From positions 1 to 23,293 of the forward strand of contig JASLZZ010000100.1 of assembly GCA_030754595.1 (NCBI GenBank): DNA of 23,293 nt, written 5' to 3'. This stretch comes from Nitrospinota bacterium (GTDB taxonomy: Bacteria > UBA8248). The notes beneath the pieces were generated by a model that saw nothing but the letters and a program-made list of their open reading frames with translations, was not told the origin of the DNA and did no database searches. This document shows positions 16,920 to 23,293 of this stretch, one piece after another. Within the stretch, counting starts at the first letter, position 1. Every line of letters starts with the position of its first letter. The position numbers and the translations under genes are program-made.

Positions 16920-19169
16920 ATGAGGAAAATGCGGCGTTTGTGGAATCCATCTCAGTGGGCGGGGCTGATGCCCAGTGGCGCCGGAGAGATCAAGCCCAAC
17001 CATTATCGCGACATGCTGAAGGTGGTCTGGCGCAACAGGGATCAACTTCCCTTTGCCTGGAGAATTCTGCGGGATGGCGTATGTGACGGATGCGCTCTTG
17101 GCACGACGGGCCTGCACGATTTCACCATGGAGGGGATCCACCTTTGCATGACGCGGCTGAACCTTCTTCGCCTGAATACAATGGCGGAGTTGGATGTTTC
17201 GTGTCTCGAAAATATCGATAGCCTGAGTGGGTTAAGCGGCTCCGAACTCAGGGAGTTGGGCAGGCTTCCTTATCCAATGATGAGAAAGCGCGGGGAGCCC
17301 GGATTCAGGCGCGTCGGCTGGGAAGAGGTGTATGGGGTAATTTCCGATCGCATCCGGTCGATCGACCCGCGGCGGCTGGGCTTTTACTTGACATCGCGCG
17401 GAATAACCAATGAAGTGTACTACGTTGCTCAAAAGGTGGCTCGTTTTCTCGGAACCAATAATATTGATTATTCCGCTCGCATCTGTCACGCCCCGAGCAC
17501 AATCGCACTGAAGCAAAGCCTCGGCGTTGCCGCCTCGACCTGCTCTTATAAGGATTGGCTCGAGACGGATCTGCTGGTTTTCATCGGCAGTAACACACCG
17601 AACAGTCAGCCCGTGACGACGAAATATATCTTTATGGCCAAGCAGCGGGGAGCCCGGGTCGCCGTCATTAACCCTCACCGTGAACCCGGACTTCGACGCT
17701 ATTGGATTCCTTCGGTGTTTGAAAGCGCGATGTTCGGAACCAAGCTGGCCGACGATTTTTTCTCGATTCATACGGGCGGCGACGTGGCATTCCTGAACGG
17801 CGCCCTCAAGCACTTGATCGACATAAATGCGATTGATGAAAAATTCATCTGGGAAAAAAGCAGGGAATTTGAAGAACTAAAAAAGGCTCTTGCCGATCAG
17901 TCCTGGGAGTTCCTGGAAAAACACGCGGGCGTTCCCCGGGGAGAGATGCAGCGGTTTGGCGATATGTGCGCCTCAGCCCGTTCAGCCGTGTTTGTCTGGA
18001 GCATGGGGGTCACGCAGCATGTCTTTGGAGTGGAGAACGTCCAGGCAATCATCAATCTCGCCCTTTCGCGTGGTTTTGTCGGAAGAGAGAATTGCGGCGT
18101 GATGCCCATTCGTGGGCACAGCGGCGTCCAGGGAGGCGCCGAGGTGGGTTGTGTGCCCGGAAATTTACCCGGTGGGGCGGCCATCGACGAAAGTACGGCC
18201 GAGACGCTTGCTAAAATTTGGGATTTCATGCCCCCGGTGGATGTGGGGTTGTCGGCGGTTGAAATGGTCGAGTCATCGCATTCGGGTGAAATGGATGTTC
18301 TTTATTTCGCGGGAGGGAATTTTCTCGAAACACTTCCTGAACCGGATTTTGTCCGAGAGGCGCTCGAGCGCATTCACCTGCGCGTCCATCAGGATATCGT
18401 CCTGAATTCCGCCATGTTTACCGAGGCGGGCGAGGCGGTTCTTCTCCTTCCCGCACGGACGCGCTACGAGCAGCGGGGGGGGGGATGCGAAACCACAACG
18501 GAGCGGCGTATTATTTTTAGCCCGGAGATCCCAGGGCGGCGGATAGGCGAGAGCAAAGCCGAATGGGAAATCTTGATGGAGATGGCCGAGCGCGTTTATC
18601 CCTCGAGGAAGGAAGAAATACATTTTCGGGACGCAGCCGCGATCAGGGAAGAAATCGCCCGGGTTGTCCCCGCCTACGAGGGAGTTCAGCACTTGAAGAA
18701 AAAGGGCGATGCGTTGCAGTGGGGAGGGGCCCGGCTATGCGAGGGCGGCCAATTTCCGACGCCGGACGGTTGTGCTCATTTTAAGGCGTTGCGGCCTCCC
18801 GCCGCCGAAATTCCGGACGGGTGTTTTTTTCTGAGCACAAGGCGGGGCAAGCAGTTCAACAGCATGGTGCTTGAAGAATACGACTCGCTCACCGGGGCGC
18901 TTCGCGACGAGGTGTTCCTTAGCCGAGAGGATGCCGAGCGAATCGGGCTCGGAGATGGCGCCCCCGTTCTTTTGAAATCCGAGGCGGGGGAGTTTCGGGG
19001 GCGAGTCAAGGTGACGCCCATCCGTCCCAGCAACGTTCAAGTATACTGGCCCGAGGGGAATATCCTCATTAAACGTGGCCATCGCGACCCCCGTAGCGGT
19101 ATTCCCGACTATAATGTGCTCGTTCAACTTATTCCGGGAAGGGATGCGGAAAGGGAAGCATTGTCCTAA
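16920..19169 (+). CDS. FdhF/YdeP family molybdopterin oxidoreductase
   Basis: CDGCALG...[21 protein letters not shown] (Cys Mo ligand), RGHSGVQG, C-terminal [10 protein letters not shown] dinucleotide-binding domain. Start 16920 or 16929 is more plausible than 16860. Confidence 0.9.
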   Translation: MRKMRRLWNPSQWAGLMPSGAGEIKPNHYRDMLKVVWRNRDQLPFAWRILRDGVCDGCALGTTGLHDFTMEGIHLCMTRLNLLRLNTMAELDVSCLENIDSLSGLSGSELRELGRLPYPMMRKRGEPGFRRVGWEEVYGVISDRIRSIDPRRLGFYLTSRGITNEVYYVAQKVARFLGTNNIDYSARICHAPSTIALKQSLGVAASTCSYKDWLETDLLVFIGSNTPNSQPVTTKYIFMAKQRGARVAVINPHREPGLRRYWIPSVFESAMFGTKLADDFFSIHTGGDVAFLNGALKHLIDINAIDEKFIWEKSREFEELKKALADQSWEFLEKHAGVPRGEMQRFGDMCASARSAVFVWSMGVTQHVFGVENVQAIINLALSRGFVGRENCGVMPIRGHSGVQGGAEVGCVPGNLPGGAAIDESTAETLAKIWDFMPPVDVGLSAVEMVESSHSGEMDVLYFAGGNFLETLPEPDFVREALERIHLRVHQDIVLNSAMFTEAGEAVLLLPARTRYEQRGGGCETTTERRIIFSPEIPGRRIGESKAEWEILMEMAERVYPSRKEEIHFRDAAAIREEIARVVPAYEGVQHLKKKGDALQWGGARLCEGGQFPTPDGCAHFKALRPPAAEIPDGCFFLSTRRGKQFNSMVLEEYDSLTGALRDEVFLSREDAERIGLGDGAPVLLKSEAGEFRGRVKVTPIRPSNVQVYWPEGNILIKRGHRDPRSGIPDYNVLVQLIPGRDAEREALS

Positions 19170-19203
19170 AATTATTTTTTTTGATCGTGGCCTGGGAGTT
19201 TTT

Positions 19204-20166
19204 ATGGAAAAAGGAGCGAAAATTCTCGTGCGGGACTGCGCCGGGGTGAAAAACGGCGAGGATGTCCTCATCGTCACGGACGAGGAGCGACTGCCCATCG
19301 CACAGGCTGTAAAGAAAGCCGCCGAGGAGGCCGGTGGCGGAACATCTCTTGTCATATGCCCGCCTCGAACCATCGACAATGAAGAGCCCGCACCGCCCAT
19401 TGGGGCGGCGATGAGCCGGGCCGGGGTTATTATTATGCCCGTCACGCTTGCGCTCTCCCATACGAAAGCGGTACGGGAGGCGATTGACGAGGGCGCAAGG
19501 GTGCTCTCGATGACCGCGTTCACAGAAGGCATGATGCGGTCGGGTGGCCTGATGGCCGATTTTCGGGCGCGAAAACCCCTTTGCGACTCACTGGCCGAGC
19601 GCCTGACGGCCGCCCGTAGGGTGCGCGTGACGAATCCGGCGGGGACGGAGGTCGAGTTCGGCCTCGAGGGCCGGGGTGGGAATAGTCATTGCTGTATTGT
19701 TGACTCTCCCGGGTTTTCCGCCGTCCCCAACATCGAAGCGAACACATCCCCGATAGACGGTTCCGCGGCGGGCGTCCTCGTATGCGACGGAAGCGTTCCC
19801 TACTACGGAGTGGGCGTAATTCGCGAGCCTGTCACCTTTCTCATCGAGGGCGGTTTCGTGCAGAAAATCACCGGCGGGGAGCAGGCGATATTTCTCGAGA
19901 ATCTCCTTTCTAGCCAAAACGACAAGTGGGTTTACAATGTTGCCCAGTTTGCCATCGGCCTGAACCCGGAGTGCAAGGATTTCACGGGGGAGATGCTCAA
20001 CGACGAAGGCGTCAACGGCACCATTCACTTCGGCATCGGCACCTCGGCGAATTTGGGTGGCGGGATCCGGGCAAAAACGCACTTTGACGTAATCATTCGC
20101 AATCCCTCGGTATGGTTTGATGGAAAACCGATAATCGAGGCCGGCGAAATCATGGTTGAAGGGTAA
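19204..20166 (+). CDS. M29 aminopeptidase-like / NicX-fold metalloprotein
   Basis: GGGAG then ATG at 19204. Motifs GEDVLIVTD, VTNPAGT, VPNIEANTSP, NVAQFAIGLNP, DEGVNGTIHFGIG, KTHFD. Confidence 0.8.
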   Translation: MEKGAKILVRDCAGVKNGEDVLIVTDEERLPIAQAVKKAAEEAGGGTSLVICPPRTIDNEEPAPPIGAAMSRAGVIIMPVTLALSHTKAVREAIDEGARVLSMTAFTEGMMRSGGLMADFRARKPLCDSLAERLTAARRVRVTNPAGTEVEFGLEGRGGNSHCCIVDSPGFSAVPNIEANTSPIDGSAAGVLVCDGSVPYYGVGVIREPVTFLIEGGFVQKITGGEQAIFLENLLSSQNDKWVYNVAQFAIGLNPECKDFTGEMLNDEGVNGTIHFGIGTSANLGGGIRAKTHFDVIIRNPSVWFDGKPIIEAGEIMVEG

Positions 20167-20174
20167 CTGAAGAG

Positions 20175-22253
20175 ATGAGTCATATCCGCGTCGGGATCGA
20201 TATCGGCGGTACATTTACCGATGTCGTTTTGACTGATGACGAAAGTGTCCACGTCGCGAAGGTCCTGACTACTCCGGACGACCCCGCCGAGGGAGCGCTG
20301 GTTGGCTTCCGTAAAATTCTCGCTCTGGGCGGAATCCGGGCGCGGGACGTGGGGGTGGTGACTCATGCCACGACGTTGGTGGCGAATGCCCTGGTCGAGC
20401 GGTCGGGTGCGCGGGTGGGCCTCATCACGACAGCGGGATTCTCCGACACCCTCGAGCTTGCTCGCGAAAAGCGATTCGATCTCTACGACCTTTTTCTCGA
20501 AATCCCATCCCCGCTCGTTCCGCCGGACCGTTGCAGGGGCGTAAGCGAGCGAACGGATGCCGATGGAAATATTCTCTCAGAAGTCGATCTGGAGGAGGTC
20601 CTTTCGGCGGCCGCCGAACTTCGTGCCCAAGGCGCTCAGTCGATTGCCATCAATTTTCTCCATGCCCCGATGAACCCGATGAACGAGGAGGTAGCCGAGG
20701 CCGCTCTCCGGAAACGTTACCCAGAAATGTGGATCAGCCGGTCGTCCGGAATATCGCCCGAAATAGGAGAGTACGAGCGTTGTTCCACGGTGGCGGCCAA
20801 CGCGTATGTTCAGCCCTTGGTCGATCGATACATGGAAAAACTATCCGGCGGAATGAGGAAAATCGGCTTCGGCGGCAGGTTCTCGATCATGCTTTCGACA
20901 GGTGGATTTACGGGGGTGGAGAGCGTTCGCCGCGCACCCATCCGGGTCGTGGAATCGGGGCCCGCCGGCGGGGCGCTGGCGGCCGCCCAGGTGGCGCGAT
21001 CTTGCGGAAAAGATAGGGCTATCGGGTTTGATATGGGCGGGACCACCGCGAAAATATGTCTCATCCGCGAGGGAGAGCCGGACACGGCGAATTCCTTCGA
21101 AGTTTCCCGGACCTCGCGTTTCCAGAAAGGAAGCGGCCTGCCGATTCTTGTACCATCCGTGGATCTGGTGGAAATCGGTGCGGGAGGCGGAAGCATCGCT
21201 CATGTCAATCGGATGGGGCTGGCCCAGGTGGGGCCGGGCAGTGCGGGTTCAAACCCCGGCCCGGCCTGCTACGGCCTTGGCGGAACGGAGCCAACGGTCA
21301 CGGACGCGAATTTGCTACTCGGCTACCTGAATCCGGATTATTTTCTGGGCGGTGAAATGCCCCTTTCGGTCCAAGAGGCTGAAAAAGCATTGGAGGGGCT
21401 CGCCCGGGAGCTTTCAGTGACCATCGAGAATGCGGCCTGGGGCGTCCACGAGTTGGTATCCGAGCAAATGGCCAGCGCGGCGAGGGTGCATATCGCGGAA
21501 AAGGGGGCGGACCCCCGCCGCTTCTCTCTCATCGCGACAGGCGGTGCGGGTCCTGCACATGCCTGCCATATGGCGCGAAAGCTTCATGTACGTCGGGTCG
21601 TATTTCCTCCGTCGGTGGGTGTGGCGTCAACCATCGGGCTTTTGATGGCGCGGTCGCGCTCTGATGTGGTGCGTGCGTATGTTTCGGATGTGGATGAAAT
21701 CGATTGGAAAAGAGCCCATCGCCTTTTGGGGGAGATGGAGGTCCAGGCCTTGAGTGAAATAATGGCGCCGGAAGAAAAGGGCAAGGGATGGGAACGGGCC
21801 ATCACGGCGGACATGCGCTACAGGGGCCAGTCCGATACCGTTGCTGTGCCGCTGCCGAATGAGGTAGGTGGACTGCCCGGCGAGGAGGCGGGGATGAAAA
21901 AATTTTTCGAGAATGCGTACCTCTTGAAATTCGGGAGGAAAATGGAAGGAGTTCCGGTAGAGGTAGCCGCATGGCGCCTCACTCTCATGGGCCCCAAGGT
22001 GGATAATGTATTCGGCGGGCTCTTTTTTATGGAGGAGAGGGAGACCTTTTCGAAAGGCGTGAGACGGATGTTCGACGGTGTGCGGCGGGAATTCGTGGAG
22101 GGGGAGGTTTATGATCGCTACGCGCTTCCGGTGGGCGATCTTTTCTCGGGGCCGGCGGTCATCGAGGAGCGTGAATCGACTATTGTTATTCCAGGTGACG
22201 CGGTTTTCGTAAAAGATAAATCGGAGAATATCCGGGCGACGCTGGAGGGCTAG
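20175..22253 (+). CDS. Hydantoinase/oxoprolinase subunit A (ATP-binding, HyuA-like)
   Basis: GIDIGGTFTD, HATT, EYER, ESGPAGG, DMGGTT, EIGAGGGSIA, GPACYG, PTVTDAN, GPAVIEERESTI. Confidence 0.95.
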   Translation: MSHIRVGIDIGGTFTDVVLTDDESVHVAKVLTTPDDPAEGALVGFRKILALGGIRARDVGVVTHATTLVANALVERSGARVGLITTAGFSDTLELAREKRFDLYDLFLEIPSPLVPPDRCRGVSERTDADGNILSEVDLEEVLSAAAELRAQGAQSIAINFLHAPMNPMNEEVAEAALRKRYPEMWISRSSGISPEIGEYERCSTVAANAYVQPLVDRYMEKLSGGMRKIGFGGRFSIMLSTGGFTGVESVRRAPIRVVESGPAGGALAAAQVARSCGKDRAIGFDMGGTTAKICLIREGEPDTANSFEVSRTSRFQKGSGLPILVPSVDLVEIGAGGGSIAHVNRMGLAQVGPGSAGSNPGPACYGLGGTEPTVTDANLLLGYLNPDYFLGGEMPLSVQEAEKALEGLARELSVTIENAAWGVHELVSEQMASAARVHIAEKGADPRRFSLIATGGAGPAHACHMARKLHVRRVVFPPSVGVASTIGLLMARSRSDVVRAYVSDVDEIDWKRAHRLLGEMEVQALSEIMAPEEKGKGWERAITADMRYRGQSDTVAVPLPNEVGGLPGEEAGMKKFFENAYLLKFGRKMEGVPVEVAAWRLTLMGPKVDNVFGGLFFMEERETFSKGVRRMFDGVRREFVEGEVYDRYALPVGDLFSGPAVIEERESTIVIPGDAVFVKDKSENIRATLEG

Positions 22254-22255
22254 AT

Positions 22256-23293
22256 TTGCCTTTTGATCCAATCGAAGTCGAGGTGTTATGGCGGCGGCTT
22301 ATCGGGGTGGTGGATGAAGCGGCGGCGACCCTGATTCGAACATCGTTTTCCACCCTTGTCCGGGAATCCAACGATTTTTCCTGTGTGATCACCGACGATC
22401 GGGGGGAATCCCTGGTTCAATCCTCGGCCAGTATCGCCTCGTTTATAGGCACCTTGCCCATTACCGTGCGTCACTTTCTGCGCGCGTTTCCCCCGGAAAA
22501 TCTCGAACCCGGCGACATCCTGATTACCAACGACATCTGGTGCGGGACAGGTCATTTGCCAGACGTGAATATCGCCAAGCCGGTTTTTTATCGCGGCCGC
22601 CTAATCGGGTTCTCGGCCAGCACCGCCCACCTCCCCGATATCGGCGGAAAAATACGCTCCCCCGACGCACGCGAAGTTTACGAGGAGGGTCTTCAGATAC
22701 CGATAATGAAGATGGTCCGGGGCGGTGTGGTGGATGAAACGCTTGTCTCCCTGATCCGTTGCAACGTCCGTGTCCCTGATTTGGTGATGGGGGATATTCA
22801 TGCGCAAGTGGCGGCCAATGATTTTGCCGAGATCAGGTTGATTGATCTTTTGGAAGAACATGGGCTGACGGACCTGCGTGAGTTGACCGGAGAAATTCAA
22901 GGCCGATCTGAAAAAGTGATGCGTAGCGCGTTGAATGATATTCCTGACGGCGTTTACGAATCGGAAGTCGAAACGGACGGGATCGAAATTCCGGTTGTCG
23001 TCCGGACCCGAATCGAGAAAGAGGGAGAGCGTCTCCTCATTGATTACGAGGGCTCTTCTTCGCAGGTCGATGCGGCGATTAATGTCGCCTACAACTATAC
23101 CTATGCCTATTCGGTTTATCCGGTAAAGTGCGCCCTCTGCCCGGAAGTTCCCAACAACGAGGGATGCTTTCGCCCGATTACCGTTCGAGCTCCCGAAGGA
23201 AGTATTCTCAACCCGATTCGGCCAGCCGCCGGGGGCGGCCGCATGTTGGTGGGGCACTATCTCACGGCCGCTATTTTTTTGGCCCTGGCGCCT
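22256..23293 (+). CDS. Hydantoinase/oxoprolinase subunit B (HyuB-like), runs off the window end
   Basis: GGAGG then TTG at 22256: MPFDPIEVEVLWRRLIGVVDEAAATLIRTSFSTLVRESNDFSC, later NDIWCGTGHLPD, AHLPDIGG, EEGLQIP. Missing from the ORF track. Confidence 0.93.
   Translation, partial: MPFDPIEVEVLWRRLIGVVDEAAATLIRTSFSTLVRESNDFSCVITDDRGESLVQSSASIASFIGTLPITVRHFLRAFPPENLEPGDILITNDIWCGTGHLPDVNIAKPVFYRGRLIGFSASTAHLPDIGGKIRSPDAREVYEEGLQIPIMKMVRGGVVDETLVSLIRCNVRVPDLVMGDIHAQVAANDFAEIRLIDLLEEHGLTDLRELTGEIQGRSEKVMRSALNDIPDGVYESEVETDGIEIPVVVRTRIEKEGERLLIDYEGSSSQVDAAINVAYNYTYAYSVYPVKCALCPEVPNNEGCFRPITVRAPEGSILNPIRPAAGGGRMLVGHYLTAAIFLALAP

Noticed and set aside
16920..19169. Selenoprotein formate dehydrogenase linked to the selC fragment
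   Set aside because: The Mo-ligand codon is TGT (Cys, RICH) and there is no in-frame TGA.
382..23257. The many overlapping alternative-frame and antisense ORFs in the track (e.g. 387-1085, 5049-5795, 18735-19532, 22601-23257)
   Set aside because: They are shadows of GC-rich genes, Arg/Pro/Gly-rich and without recognisable motifs. 22601-23257 is antisense to the hydantoinase B gene.

Overview
A GC-rich bacterial window of accessory catabolic genes interleaved with gene relics and mobile-element scars. Left to right: the start of an IS3-family element (orfA plus left inverted repeat, - strand); an LLM oxidoreductase / acyl-CoA dehydrogenase / MDR alcohol dehydrogenase cassette, the last two with non-canonical catalytic residues; and about 1.1 kb of non-coding scars. 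The scars include the 3' half of a tRNA-Sec gene (probable att site of a selC-integrated island lying to its right), arm-type-like repeats, a REP-like pair and IS-end relics. Next come an aldehyde dehydrogenase, an MBL-fold pseudogene, a class II aldolase/SDR fusion convergent with a stand-alone lsrF, a decayed receiver-TPR gene, a dienelactone hydrolase fragment, a DMT transporter, a maleate isomerase-like gene, a frameshifted Cys-rich membrane protein gene, an amidase and a PPC/DUF296 fragment. The window ends in a probable operon of FdhF/YdeP molybdoenzyme, M29/NicX-like metalloprotein and hydantoinase/oxoprolinase A and B (B runs off the end and is absent from the ORF track). The best leads are the lsrF + aldolase/SDR pair (possible non-AI-2 oxidative 5-deoxypentose-phosphate route; inference), the selC att relic and the enzymes with altered active sites. 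All calls rest on motifs recognised by eye; no searches were run.
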